64,000 bases of DNA from Candidatus Sericytochromatia bacterium (GTDB lineage Bacteria; Cyanobacteriota; Sericytochromatia; S15B-MN24; UBA4093): NCBI GenBank assembly GCA_036676495.1, contig JAKFCT010000069.1:1-64000 (forward strand). The letters run 5' to 3'. Below are positions 38,402 to 48,720 of the stretch, in pieces. The translations under genes were made by a program, and so were the position numbers. A model generated the notes under the pieces. The model had not been told where the DNA came from and made no database searches. It was given only the letters and a program-made list of their open reading frames with translations. Numbering within the stretch: position 1 is the first letter of the stretch; every line of letters begins with the position of its first letter.

Positions 38402-39949
38402 ATGATGGCCAACCCGACCTACTACCTCACCACCGCGATCGACTACGTCAACGGACCTCCTCACATGGGCCATGCCTACGAGAAGATTGCCGCTGACGCG
38501 ATCGCCCGCTATCATCGCCTGCGCGGAGCGGACGTCTTCTTCCTGACCGGCTCCGACGAGCACGGTGTCAAGATCGAGCGCTCGGCCGAAGCCCAGGGGC
38601 TCGACCCTCAGACGTTCACCGACCAGATCGTCGACCAGTTCAAGGCCACCTGGGCCAAGCTCGGCATCTCCTACGACCGCTTCATCCGCACCACGGATGC
38701 CGATCACCGCGGGGTCGTCCAGGGCATCTTCTCGAAGCTGCTGGAGAAGGGCGATATCTACAAGGCCAAGTACGAGGGCTTCTACTGCAAGGGCTGCGAG
38801 GAGTTCAAGAACGAGCGCGACCTCGTGGAGAAGTGCTGCTCCGTTCACCAGACTCCCGCCGAGTGGATGAGCGAAGAGAACTACGTCTTCAAGCTCTCCG
38901 AGTACCGCGATCGCCTGCGCGCCCACATCGAGGCCCATCCCGGCTTCATCCAGCCCGAGTTCCGCGCCAAGGAAGTCCTCAACCTCCTCGAGACCTTCCC
39001 CGACGTCTCCGTCTCCCGGCAGTCGGTCAAATGGGGCATCCCGGTCCCCGGTGACGAATCGCAGGTCATCTACGTCTGGATCGACGCCCTCTCCAACTAC
39101 CTCACCGGCATCGGCTATCCGGACGCCGACACCTTCAAGAAGTACTGGCCCGCCAGCGTCCACCTGATCGGCAAGGACATCGTCAAGTTCCATGCCATCA
39201 TCTGGCCGGCCATGCTCATGGCGCTCGACCTCCCGCTTCCTGCGCAGGTCTTCGGCCATGGCTGGGTGCTCATGGGCGGTCAGAAGATGGGCAAGTCCAC
39301 CGGCAACGTCACCAGCCCCAACGCCCTCGCCGACGAGTACGGAGCGGACGCCATCCGCTACTACCTGCTGCGCGAGATCGCCTTCGGGCGCGACGGCGAA
39401 ATGAACCAGGAAGCCTTCGAGAACCGCGTCAACGCCGACCTCGCCAACAACCTCGGCAACGCGCTCAACCGGACCCTGACGATCCTCGAAAAAAACTTCG
39501 AAGGCCGCGTCAGCCCCCGGCATGCCGCCATCGAAGGAGACCTGCCCCAGAAGGTCGCCGACGTCCTCGCTCGGGTCGAGGATCGTATGGCCGAGCTCGC
39601 CCTGGACGAGGCCCTCATGGCCATCTGGGAGCTGCTCGACGCCACCAACAAGTACATCGACTCGACGGCTCCGTGGGCACTCGCCAAGGCCGGCGACCGG
39701 GAGAACCTCGGGGGCGTCCTTTACGCCGTCCTCGAGGCCCTGCGGATCGCCAGCATCCTCGCCAGCCCCTTCATCCCCACGCTCGCCGGAAAGATCTGGG
39801 AGCAGCTGGGCATCCAGGCCCCTCTCTCCGAGCAGCGCTGGAGCGATCTGGTCTGGGGACGCCTCGAGGAAGGCACGCAGACCCAGAAGCTGGGTCCCAT
39901 CTATCCCCGGATCGGCGCCGAGCTCGCCGGCGCCAAGAAGAAGGCATGA
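38402..39949 (+). CDS. metG: Methionyl-tRNA synthetase (short form)
   Basis: YYLTTAIDYVNGPPHMGH, YVWIDAL, KMGKS. Confidence 0.95.
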   Translation: MMANPTYYLTTAIDYVNGPPHMGHAYEKIAADAIARYHRLRGADVFFLTGSDEHGVKIERSAEAQGLDPQTFTDQIVDQFKATWAKLGISYDRFIRTTDADHRGVVQGIFSKLLEKGDIYKAKYEGFYCKGCEEFKNERDLVEKCCSVHQTPAEWMSEENYVFKLSEYRDRLRAHIEAHPGFIQPEFRAKEVLNLLETFPDVSVSRQSVKWGIPVPGDESQVIYVWIDALSNYLTGIGYPDADTFKKYWPASVHLIGKDIVKFHAIIWPAMLMALDLPLPAQVFGHGWVLMGGQKMGKSTGNVTSPNALADEYGADAIRYYLLREIAFGRDGEMNQEAFENRVNADLANNLGNALNRTLTILEKNFEGRVSPRHAAIEGDLPQKVADVLARVEDRMAELALDEALMAIWELLDATNKYIDSTAPWALAKAGDRENLGGVLYAVLEALRIASILASPFIPTLAGKIWEQLGIQAPLSEQRWSDLVWGRLEEGTQTQKLGPIYPRIGAELAGAKKKA

Positions 39950-40752
39950 CGACCTTCATCGACTCGCATTGCCACCTGGACATGCTCCCCGGCTGGGTCG
40001 AAGGACTTCCGGCCGAGGAGCATGACCGCAACATCGACGAGGCGGTGGCGCGGGCGCGCGAGGCCGGAGTCCGCTGGATCCTCAACCCCGGCGTGACCTG
40101 GGACGACTTTCCCCGCGTCCAGGCTCTGACCGAGCGCTACTCCAACGTCTTCGTTGCGGCCGGCATCCATCCGCACGATGCGGAGACCTGGACCGAGGGC
40201 TCTTACGAGCGGCTCAAGGAGATGGCCCGCCACCCGCGGGTGGTCGCCATCGGGGAGTGCGGGCTCGATTACTACTACGACAACGCCCCGCGCGAAAAGC
40301 AGCAGGAAGCCTTCCGGGAGCAGATCCGGCTCGCCAAGGAGCTCGACCTCCCGCTCATCATCCACACCCGGGATGCCGAGGAGGACACCATGCGCCTGCT
40401 CGAGGAAGAAGGAGCGACGCGCGGCGTCTTCCATTGCTTCACGGGCTCGAAGGAGCTGGCGCTGGCCGGCATCCGCCTGGGCTTCGCCATCTCCTTCAGC
40501 GGGGTGGTCACCTTCAAGAAGTCCGAGGCCCTGCGCGAGGTCGCCCGCGAGGTGCCGGAGGATCGCTTCCTCATCGAGACCGACGCTCCCTACCTCGCCC
40601 CTCCGCCCTACCGGGGGAAGCGCAACGAGCCGGCTTACGTGGTGAAGGTTGCCGAGACCCTCGCCGAGGTGAGGGGGCTGAGCGTCGAGGCCGTCGCGGA
40701 GCGCGCGACCCGGAACACGATTCAGTTGTTCAAGCTGCCGGTCGAGGTCTAG
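39946..40752 (+). CDS. tatD: TatD family DNase
   Basis: IDSHCHL, GIHPH, IGECGLDYY, HCFTG, ETDAPYL. Confidence 0.92.
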   Translation: MTTFIDSHCHLDMLPGWVEGLPAEEHDRNIDEAVARAREAGVRWILNPGVTWDDFPRVQALTERYSNVFVAAGIHPHDAETWTEGSYERLKEMARHPRVVAIGECGLDYYYDNAPREKQQEAFREQIRLAKELDLPLIIHTRDAEEDTMRLLEEEGATRGVFHCFTGSKELALAGIRLGFAISFSGVVTFKKSEALREVAREVPEDRFLIETDAPYLAPPPYRGKRNEPAYVVKVAETLAEVRGLSVEAVAERATRNTIQLFKLPVEV

Positions 40753-41105
40753 AGGGCCCCTCGGAGCCCTTCGAGCTGGCCGGCGTCGTGGAGCGCCTTG
40801 AGCTTGGACAGCTCGTGGGCGTCCAGCCAGAGGCCCTGGCAGGCGCTGCATCGGTTGATCTGAGCGGCCGGAGTGGCCACCAGCACGGCGACGGCTCCGC
40901 AACGGGGACAGCGCATGGGGGCCTCGTCGTCGGCGCACGTCGGCGCGGTACGGTCGAGCGCGGGGGGCGGCGTCATCGCGTTCAAGAGGGGCTCGAGCTC
41001 GCCGGCGTCCAGCCAAATCCCGGTGCAACGCGGGCATTGGTCGACCTCGACTCCCAGGAGCATCTTGGGTTCGAGCCGGGCGGCATAGTGTCTCGGGCAC
41101 TTCAT
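40749..41105 (-). CDS. Tandem zf-TFIIB-like zinc-ribbon protein
   Basis: Two CPRx...CxxCxGxWLDAxEL repeats. Confidence 0.75.
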   Translation of the reverse strand: MKCPRHYAARLEPKMLLGVEVDQCPRCTGIWLDAGELEPLLNAMTPPPALDRTAPTCADDEAPMRCPRCGAVAVLVATPAAQINRCSACQGLWLDAHELSKLKALHDAGQLEGLRGAL

Positions 41106-41206
41106 GGCGATCGCTCTCCTTTGCCCATGTATACCCCGAATCGGAGGCTCCGCGCGGAGGAGGTAACGGGTAAGATGAGAGCATGACCAATGGAAGGACG
41201 ATCGCC

Positions 41207-41926
41207 ATGACCCGCACGACGCGCTTATCTTCTCAGGAAAAAGCCCGGATCCAGCGCTTGCTGGCCACGCTCGAGGCCCATCACCCCAACGCCACCACCG
41301 AGCTCAACTTCGACACGCCGTTTCAGCTGCTGATCGCCGTCATCCTCTCGGCCCAGTGCACCGACAAGCGCGTGAACATGGTCACGGAAGGCCTGTTCGC
41401 CCGCTACCCGGACGCGGCGGCCATGGCCCGCCTCAGCGAGGCGGAGCTGCTCGAGGAGATCAAGTCGATCAACTTCGCTCCCACCAAGGCCAAGAACGTG
41501 GCGAAGACCTGCCGCATGCTGCTGGAGCTGCATGGCGGGGAAGTGCCGGGAAAGCGCGAGGAGCTCGAAGCCCTGGCGGGAGTGGGGCGTAAGACGGCGA
41601 ACGTCGTGCTGGCAACGGCCTTCGACGTGCCGGCCCTCGCCGTCGACACCCATGTCTTCCGGGTATCGAAACGCCTGGGCCTTGCCAAGGCGGAGACTCC
41701 CGAGGAGACCGAGCGGCAACTGGAGCGCCTGATCCCCCGCGAGAAGTGGTCACTCGCCCATCACTGGCTGATCCTGCACGGCCGCTACACCTGCACGGCG
41801 CGCAAGCCGAACTGCGAGCGCTGTCCCTTGACCGCGGATTGTCCGGAGTATGCCAAGCTGATACGGCCTGCGGCGGGCACGACGGCCCGCGCCGGGAAAA
41901 AGGCGGGCAAGACGCGTCCCGTGTAG
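41207..41926 (+). CDS. nth: Endonuclease III
   Basis: LSAQCTD, LAGVGRKTANVV, VDTHVFR, C-x6-C-x2-C-x5-C Fe-S motif. Confidence 0.95.
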   Translation: MTRTTRLSSQEKARIQRLLATLEAHHPNATTELNFDTPFQLLIAVILSAQCTDKRVNMVTEGLFARYPDAAAMARLSEAELLEEIKSINFAPTKAKNVAKTCRMLLELHGGEVPGKREELEALAGVGRKTANVVLATAFDVPALAVDTHVFRVSKRLGLAKAETPEETERQLERLIPREKWSLAHHWLILHGRYTCTARKPNCERCPLTADCPEYAKLIRPAAGTTARAGKKAGKTRPV

Positions 41927-41973
41927 CGCTGGCGCCGTCGCGTCGGCGCCTGCGAGAGTCAGGTGCCGCGCGT

Positions 41974-42861
41974 TCAGCGAAGCTTGAAGCCGACCTTGTC
42001 GAAGGCCTCGCGGACCGGGGCGTAGTCGGCGGGCTTGCCTTCCACGAAGCCGTCCACCTGGTAGATCTCGCGGATCTTCTTGCGCCCCTCCGGCGTGTCG
42101 GAGAGCTTCAGGAAGGTCTGCTTGATCTGCTTGACGATCGCGGGGTCGAGGTCCTTGCGGACCGCGATGTTGTCGCTGGGGATGGGCTTGGTGACGGCGA
42201 GCAGGGCGATCTTCGCGTGGTCCTTCGGATTCTTCAGGGAGTTGGTCCAGGCCGAGTCCTTGCCCTGGGGGTCGTTGGTGTAGGTGGCCGCGGCGTCCAC
42301 CTTGCCATGAAGGACGGCGAGCACCGCCGCGTCATGCCCTCCCGCGTAGATGAGGCGCTTGAAGTCCTTTTCCGGCACGATGCCGGCGTTCATCAGCATC
42401 ACCCGGGGGTAGATGGCTCCCGAGGTCGAGACGGGATCCACGAAGGCCACGGTCTTGTCCTTGAGGTCCTTGAGGGTCTTGATTTTGGAGCCCTTGCGGG
42501 TGATCAGGGCCCCGTGGTACTCCGCGTGGCCGTTGAAGAACGACTTGAGGATCACCTCGGCGTTCGCCTTGCGCTCGGCGAGCACGTAGGCAGCAGGCGG
42601 GAAGAAGGCCACGTCGATCTTGCCGGCGCGCATCGCCTCGATCACGCCCGTGTAATCGGTGGCGACGAAGGGGTCGACCCGCATCGGGAGCTCCTGGCTC
42701 AAGAGCTCGACCACGTCGCGGGAGGTCTTGGTCAGATCCTGGAGGCTCTCCCAGGGAGCGAAGCCCACCCGCAGGGTCTTGGGCGTGTAGGCCTGCACGG
42801 GGGCCGCCAAGAGGCCGACTGCAAGTCCCAGGATGAGCCAGGTTCGTTTCTGCGTTGCCAA
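41974..42861 (-). CDS. Phosphonate/phosphite ABC substrate-binding protein (PhnD family)
   Basis: Signal peptide; DYTGVIEAM, FVDPVSTSG, GGHDA. Confidence 0.85.
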   Translation of the reverse strand: MATQKRTWLILGLAVGLLAAPVQAYTPKTLRVGFAPWESLQDLTKTSRDVVELLSQELPMRVDPFVATDYTGVIEAMRAGKIDVAFFPPAAYVLAERKANAEVILKSFFNGHAEYHGALITRKGSKIKTLKDLKDKTVAFVDPVSTSGAIYPRVMLMNAGIVPEKDFKRLIYAGGHDAAVLAVLHGKVDAAATYTNDPQGKDSAWTNSLKNPKDHAKIALLAVTKPIPSDNIAVRKDLDPAIVKQIKQTFLKLSDTPEGRKKIREIYQVDGFVEGKPADYAPVREAFDKVGFKLR

Positions 42862-42932
42862 CGTTTCCCCCTCGAAAAAAGCAATCGGCTGTTTCCCGCA
42901 TTAACTTACCCGGAATCCCACGCTTATACTCT

Positions 42933-43058
42933 AGAGCGATCTTCGTTGCTGCAGGACAGCGAGCTTTGACTTTCAGCCTCTATCCATGCAGTTCTCGGTT
43001 AACGCTCGCTTTCCTGGTCTCCAGCCACGGGCGCCTCGCAACAGCCGCGGGCGCTAAG
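42933..43058. repeat. Structured intergenic repeat, copy 2
   Basis: Homologous to 3721-3826 with a 20-nt internal insertion; includes the yraN stop codon. Confidence 0.8.
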
Positions 43059-43416
43059 GGCTGCCGAAGGCCCCCCGGATATGCCGGATCTCGGGGGCTT
43101 TCCCGGCTGGCAGGCGCACGTCGATCACGTCGAATCGGCACGGCTGGCCCCCGAGACCGTGCTGGCTCATGTAGAGCTGGCCCAGACGGATGAGGCGGGC
43201 TTGCTTTTGCCAGGTGACCGCCTCGGCGCCGATGCCGCAGCGCAGGCTGCGGCGCGTCTTGACTTCCACGAAGACCCAGCACGCCCCGTCGCGGCCGATC
43301 AGGTCCAGCTCGCCGTGAGCACAGCGGTGGTTGCGTGCTATAATCGCGTATCCGAGCCCTTCAAGGTGCTTCTCGGCGAGCGCTTCGCCGAGCCGGCCCA
43401 GTTCGATGCGGCTCAT
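43054..43416 (-). CDS. yraN: YraN family (UPF0102) endonuclease
   Basis: LGRLGE..A...GY.IIARN...GELDLI...VFVEVKTR...CRFDVI. Confidence 0.9.
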   Translation of the reverse strand: MSRIELGRLGEALAEKHLEGLGYAIIARNHRCAHGELDLIGRDGACWVFVEVKTRRSLRCGIGAEAVTWQKQARLIRLGQLYMSQHGLGGQPCRFDVIDVRLPAGKAPEIRHIRGAFGSP

Positions 43417-43449
43417 GCCTTCTCCCCTTCCTGCAACCTTCGGTGACCC

Positions 43450-44478
43450 GTGGCTCAAGCTAACCGTTACTCGGATTCGAGGCGCTCAGCCTCTTGGTGG
43501 CTTCAGATGGGGGCCCTCGCTTTGCTGCTCCTCGCCGTCGCCGTCATGGCGGTGCGCTGGGGGGCGGTTGATTTATCGACGAAGCAGTTTATCGATCTTA
43601 TCATGGGGCGCGCGGCGGATTCAACCGAGGCGGCGATCCTCTGGGAAATCCGCTTTCCCCGCGTCCTGCTCGCCCTCGTGGCGGGCATCGGCCTCTCGGC
43701 GGCCGGCGTCACCTGGCAGGGGGTGCTGCGCAACCCGCTGGCGGATCCGTACCTGATCGGCGTCTCCGCCGGCGGAGCCCTCGGAGCGGGCCTGGCCCTC
43801 TTCTGGAAGGGAGACTTGCCGCTGGGAATCCAGACCGTGCCGATCGCGGCTTTCTGCGGCTCGCTGCTGGCGCTGGGCGTGGTCTGGGGCATCTCCGGGC
43901 GCGGGGCCACCTTCTCCGTGGAGCGGATGCTCCTGGCAGGCGTCGCCGTCGGCTCCTTCCTCTCCGCCATCCTGTCCATGCTGCTCTTCTGGAACCAGGA
44001 ATCCCTGACCACCCTGTACTTCTGGATGCTGGGAAGCTTCTCGGGCCGGACCTGGGAGGATCTCGGGCTCGCCTTGCCCTACCTGGGCGTCGGGATGGGC
44101 CTGTTGTTCTGGCAGCTTCGCCACCTGAACGTCCTGCAACTGGGAGCCGAGCGCGCGCGGGGCCTCGGGGTGGAGACGGTCAGCGTGCAGCGCTGGCTGA
44201 TCGTCGGGGCCTCGCTCGTGACGGCCTCGGTGGTGGCGGTGTGCGGCATGATCGGGTTCGTGGGGCTGGTGGTCCCGCATCTGACCCGCCTCCTGGTGGG
44301 GCCGGATCTTCGCCGGGTGCTGCCCGCCGCCTGCCTGCTCGGTGCCATCCTGCTGGTCGTGGCGGATCTGGCGGCGCGAACCCTCTGGGCTCCCGCCGAG
44401 ATGCCCGTCGGGGTGCTCACGGCCCTCTTGGGGGCGCCGTTCTTCCTGTACCTGATCGCGCGGGAGCGGCGGTCATGA
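43450..44478 (+). CDS. FecCD/BtuC-type ABC permease
   Basis: IRFPRV, RNPLADPY, IGFVGLVVPH, EMPVGV. Confidence 0.9.
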   Translation: MAQANRYSDSRRSASWWLQMGALALLLLAVAVMAVRWGAVDLSTKQFIDLIMGRAADSTEAAILWEIRFPRVLLALVAGIGLSAAGVTWQGVLRNPLADPYLIGVSAGGALGAGLALFWKGDLPLGIQTVPIAAFCGSLLALGVVWGISGRGATFSVERMLLAGVAVGSFLSAILSMLLFWNQESLTTLYFWMLGSFSGRTWEDLGLALPYLGVGMGLLFWQLRHLNVLQLGAERARGLGVETVSVQRWLIVGASLVTASVVAVCGMIGFVGLVVPHLTRLLVGPDLRRVLPAACLLGAILLVVADLAARTLWAPAEMPVGVLTALLGAPFFLYLIARERRS

Positions 44479-45275
44479 GCGCGCTCGTCCAGGCCATCGG
44501 CCTCACGGTGGGCCATCAGCAACCCGCTTTGCGAGGCATCGACCTCTCGGTGGGGCCAAGGGAGTTCGTGGGCCTTCTCGGGGCCAACGGGGCCGGCAAG
44601 TCCACCCTTCTGATGACGCTGGCCGGCCATTTGAACCCCCTGGAAGGTGACGCGCGCCTCGAAGGACAGGCCGTTTCGAAGCTGCCTCCCCGCAAGGTCG
44701 CACGTCTGCTGGCCTACTTGCCGCAGCACCCCGCGGCCGACGGGGATTTCGCCGTGCGCGACGTGGTCGAGCTCGGTCGCCATCCTTATCAGCGGGGTTT
44801 CGGCTTCCATCGGAACCCCGAGGACCTGGAGGCGGTCTCTTATGCCATGCGGGTCACCGCCGTCGAGCATCTGGCGGGGCATCGCATGGACCGCCTATCC
44901 GGCGGACAGAGGCAGCGGGTGAGGTTGGCCCAGGCGATTGCCCAAAGGCCGAGGGTTTTGTTGCTGGACGAACCCACCTCATGGCTGGATCTGAGGTATC
45001 AGTTGGAGTTGATGGGCTTGCTCCGGCGTTTGGCGCTCGATGAGGGAGTCGCCGTCGTGGCGGTCCTGCATGATCTCAATCAGGCGGCGCAGTTCTGCAC
45101 GCGGGTGGTCCTGCTGGCGGAGGGCGGAGTGCTGGGGGACGGGGATCCGCGCGACGTGCTGACGGCGGAAGCGCTGGAGAAGGCCTACGGAGTCCGGGCT
45201 CTGGTGCAGCCGCATCCGCGCCTCGGGGTTCCCGTGGTCATGCCCCTGGACAGTCTGGGCAAGGATGAGGCATAG
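44475..45275 (+). CDS. Iron/cobalamin ABC transporter ATP-binding protein
   Basis: GANGAGKS, LSGGQRQR, LLDEPT, HDLNQA. Confidence 0.9.
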   Translation: MSALVQAIGLTVGHQQPALRGIDLSVGPREFVGLLGANGAGKSTLLMTLAGHLNPLEGDARLEGQAVSKLPPRKVARLLAYLPQHPAADGDFAVRDVVELGRHPYQRGFGFHRNPEDLEAVSYAMRVTAVEHLAGHRMDRLSGGQRQRVRLAQAIAQRPRVLLLDEPTSWLDLRYQLELMGLLRRLALDEGVAVVAVLHDLNQAAQFCTRVVLLAEGGVLGDGDPRDVLTAEALEKAYGVRALVQPHPRLGVPVVMPLDSLGKDEA

Positions 45276-45905
45276 GTGAAAGGCGTGTTGCGGAAGACAC
45301 TCTCGGCATTGACGGCGCTGCTCGTCCTGAGCGCGTGCCAGGGGACTCCCAAGGACGACCCCCTGGTCATCCGGGATGACGACGCCCTGGCGGAGTTCAT
45401 GCTGCCGGAGTCCCGGGACATGGTCTGGACGTACCGCCGCGAGACGGTCGGCTTGATCGAGGACGTGGCGACGGTTTCGATCGCGGTGGAGACCTTGAAG
45501 AAGGACTCTGCCAAGCTGACCTATTCCCAGGAGGGAGGGGATGCGCCGGAGATCGTCCAGGGCATCGGCATCCGGGGGAACGCCGAGATCGCGGTGAGCC
45601 CCGAGGGGGCCGTGACCTGGAAGGACGCGCGGGACGAGCGGACCTACATGCCGGACGGCCGCGTGACGAGCAAGGACGGGACGGAGTTCGAGTTGCTCGG
45701 GACGGAGACGATCCGGACCCCGGCGGGCACCTTCGCCTGCGTCAAGTACCGCGTGCGCCGCGACCCGAGCATCGCCGATCCGATGACCCTGGAAGGGACC
45801 CAGTGGTGGGGCAAGGGGGTGGGGCTGGTCAAGGCCGTCTCCACCGTCGAGGGGTTCAATGCGGGGACCCGCACCACGATCGAGCTGATCACCTTGGAGC
45901 GCTAG
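45276..45905 (+). CDS. Hypothetical lipoprotein
   Basis: Lipobox LSAC; TPAGTF...WWGKGVGLVK beta-rich motif. Confidence 0.7.
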   Translation: MKGVLRKTLSALTALLVLSACQGTPKDDPLVIRDDDALAEFMLPESRDMVWTYRRETVGLIEDVATVSIAVETLKKDSAKLTYSQEGGDAPEIVQGIGIRGNAEIAVSPEGAVTWKDARDERTYMPDGRVTSKDGTEFELLGTETIRTPAGTFACVKYRVRRDPSIADPMTLEGTQWWGKGVGLVKAVSTVEGFNAGTRTTIELITLER

Positions 45906-46062
45906 GGGATTGCCTCGCCTGTCCCGTTAACCGGATTCATGGGCCGGGTACGTGTAAAGCAACGTCCCTCCCATGTCGTTCGATGGAACCGGTTGCTTCT
46001 GGTTCTCGTCCGAGACCTTGGAAAGCAAAGTTCGGGTGGGAACGGTCAGAAAGGATTGCCGT

Positions 46063-46701
46063 ATGCGTCGAGCGACTTCACTCTTCTTGGCATTGGGGAT
46101 TGCGCTGATGGCCGCTCCGGCCATGGCCGCGGATACGTCCAAGGCGGAGCTGGAGGTCTTGCGCCAGCGGGTGGAGGCGACTCCGGCCGATGCGGGCGTG
46201 CACTTCGACATGGCCATGGGCCTGGCGCGCACGTCGCGGCTCGAGGAGGGCTGGACCTCCCTCAAGAAGGTCAACGACCTGGATCCGGCGTACGCCGACA
46301 AGGTGATCGCGACCTACGAGCCGCTGGTCACGGAGAATCCCCAGAACATCGAGGCGCAGTTCCGCCTGGCGTTTGGCCACTACTTCAAGGGGTTGAATTT
46401 CCAGGAACAGGGTCAGCCCGAGGCCGCCAAGGAGGCGAAGCTGCGGGCGAAGAAGGCCTTCGGGCACATCATCGAGACGGATCCGAAGTACGTCTGGGGC
46501 TACAACTACATGGCCTACCTGATGGCGGAGGAAGGGGATCTTCCGGGGGCGGTGGAGACGTTGAAGAAGGCGATCGCCGTCGAGCCCAACAACGCGGTCT
46601 CGCATTTCCTCATCGGCCAGGCCTACTTCCGGCAGGGGAACCACAAGGATGCGGTGCTCGAAATTGGTACGGCCATGCGGCTGCGGGGGATGACTCCGTA
46701 A
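46063..46701 (+). CDS. Exported TPR protein
   Basis: Signal peptide; several TPR-like helical repeats. Confidence 0.8.
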   Translation: MRRATSLFLALGIALMAAPAMAADTSKAELEVLRQRVEATPADAGVHFDMAMGLARTSRLEEGWTSLKKVNDLDPAYADKVIATYEPLVTENPQNIEAQFRLAFGHYFKGLNFQEQGQPEAAKEAKLRAKKAFGHIIETDPKYVWGYNYMAYLMAEEGDLPGAVETLKKAIAVEPNNAVSHFLIGQAYFRQGNHKDAVLEIGTAMRLRGMTP

Positions 46702-46810
46702 CCTCGTCGTGCTCCCCGGAGGCGCCGCTGACGGGGGGAAGCCGGCCGCCAGGCTCGCTCGCTTCCGTGGTTGCGCGGTGGGAGACCCTGTGTTATGATG
46801 AGGTTCACCT

Positions 46811-46884
46811 CGGGATGTAGCGCAGCTTGGTAGCGCACCTCGTTCGGGACGAGGGGGTCGCAGGTTCGAATCCTGTCATCCCGA
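46811..46884 (+). tRNA. tRNA-Pro (CGG)
   Basis: CGGGATGTAGCGCAGCTTGGTAGCGCA-CCTCG-TTCGGGA-CGAGG...GTTCGAATCCTGTCATCCCGA. Confidence 0.95.
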
Positions 46885-47184
46885 CTTGATACTCTGGGAG
46901 CGTCCTTGCCGTGAAGCTGGCCCTCGCCTTTGTTTGCTTAGGCCTCATCGCGCTCGGCGTCATCGATTTAGAGCCCTTTCGCCCCTCGCGGGGTGGAAGG
47001 GCTCGTGCCATGCGGGGACGCGCCGTGGCGCGCGAGCGGGTCGTCCGCCGCGGGCGCCGGCTCCCGCGATCCTGAAGCAAACGGTTGCCGTAGGCGTCCC
47101 TGCCTGCGCGGGCCCAGAGGCCCGCGCCACCCTTTCCAAGGAAAAACGCCGGGGCGCGTGCCCCGGCGTTTTTGGGTTTTTGGG

Positions 47185-47475
47185 TTAGTAGCGAGCCGGA
47201 GCGGCCTTGCGGAAGCAATCCGAGCAGTAAACCGGCTTGCCCTGAGTGGGACGGAAGGGGACCTTGGTCTCCACTCCGCACTCGCCGCAGGTGGCCTCGA
47301 AAAGCTCGCGCTGGGGCCGCGCCGGAGCGCCGGTCGCCGCCTTGCGGGCCGCGCGGCAGTTCGGGCAGCGCCGCGGCTCGTTGGTGTACCCCTTCTGGGC
47401 ATAAAACTCCTGCTCGCCAACCGTGAACAGGAAGTCGGCGCCGCATTCGCGGCAAACCATGGGCTTGTCTTGCAT
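47185..47475 (-). CDS. Zinc-ribbon / CxxC-x17-CxxC domain protein
   Basis: MQDKPMVCRECGADFLFTVGEQEFY...CGECG...VPFRP...VYCSDCF. Confidence 0.88.
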   Translation of the reverse strand: MQDKPMVCRECGADFLFTVGEQEFYAQKGYTNEPRRCPNCRAARKAATGAPARPQRELFEATCGECGVETKVPFRPTQGKPVYCSDCFRKAAPARY

Positions 47476-47803
47476 CGTCAGCAGTCCTCCAAAAGACCAA
47501 TCCGTTTCCCCGTTCTTGTTACGTCCCTCGCTGCTTGAGCGTTCGCTGACCGAGTACAGGACAAGACCTGTTGAGCCCGCCAGAACCACCGGAAAAACCG
47601 TGTCAACAAGAACTTGGGTGCCATCTTACTGTAGCCCCCGATTCCTCGTCAACTCCTTGACAACTCGAAACAATCGCCAAAAACCTGGTGTTGACCGGGT
47701 TTCGGGCTGATGTAAAATGTAAAGGAGGCTTCATAATCCCCGGCCTCGCGCCCGCCTCCGCCGGCTCGCGGACGGCGCCGGGCGACGACGGATGAGGTGC
47801 GCC

Positions 47804-48709
47804 ATGCACGTCCTACTCCTGACCAATCCCCAGGCGGGCCTCGCCGGATCCGCCTGCCCCGCCGAGCGGTTCCTCCCCGTCATGGCGGCATGGGGCTGGC
47901 AAGTCGTCACCCGGCCCACCTCCTCCGGCCCCCGGCTCACCGCCATGGCGTACCAGGCCGCTCAAGACGGCTTCGAGGCCGTGATCGCCGCCGGCGGTGA
48001 CGGGACCCTCCACCACATCGCCAACGGCCTCGCCGGCACCCGCACCGCCCTCGGCATCCTCCCCTGCGGCACCGCCAACGATCTCGCCCGCACTCTCGGC
48101 ATCCCCCTGGACCCCGACGCGGCCCTCCTCGCCCTGCGCGACGCGCAACGCCACACCATCGACCTCGGCTCCCTCAACGGCCACTACTTCCTCAACGTCG
48201 CCGCCCTCGGAGTGAGCGCCGAGGCGAGCACCATGATCACCCCCGCCCAGAAGCGCCGCCTGGGACAAGGCGCCTACTACTGGAATGCCATCAAGCGCCT
48301 CTTCCGGCAGCAGCGCCTCCGGATCCGGCTCATCACCCCGCAAGCGACCGAGCGCCTCGACGTCTACCAGATCTCGGTCGCGAACGGCCGCCTCTTCGGG
48401 GGCGGCTGGCGCATCTCCGCGGAAGCCGCCGTCGATGATCGCTTGCTGGACGTCGTCGCCGTCGAGCCCACGGGCCCGCTCGCTCTCGTGTGCCGCATGC
48501 TCCGCCAGCGCGGCGGCATGGCCGAACGGCTCGGCTCACGGGCCTACCGCCTCCCCTCCTGCCGCATCGAGGTCGACGGCCCGGTCCTGGTCAACGTCGA
48601 CGGCGAGACCTTCACCCTCTTGCCCCCGCTGGAGTTCCAGGTCGTCCCGGACGCCCTGAGCGTGCTCTTGCCCAGCAAAAAGCCCGCCCCGGAAGCCGGG
48701 GCGGGCTAA
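47804..48709 (+). CDS. Diacylglycerol/lipid kinase family (YegS/DgkB-like)
   Basis: NPQAG, GGDGT, PCGTANDLAR, VDGE. Confidence 0.88.
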   Translation: MHVLLLTNPQAGLAGSACPAERFLPVMAAWGWQVVTRPTSSGPRLTAMAYQAAQDGFEAVIAAGGDGTLHHIANGLAGTRTALGILPCGTANDLARTLGIPLDPDAALLALRDAQRHTIDLGSLNGHYFLNVAALGVSAEASTMITPAQKRRLGQGAYYWNAIKRLFRQQRLRIRLITPQATERLDVYQISVANGRLFGGGWRISAEAAVDDRLLDVVAVEPTGPLALVCRMLRQRGGMAERLGSRAYRLPSCRIEVDGPVLVNVDGETFTLLPPLEFQVVPDALSVLLPSKKPAPEAGAG

Positions 48710-48720
48710 GCATGAAACGG

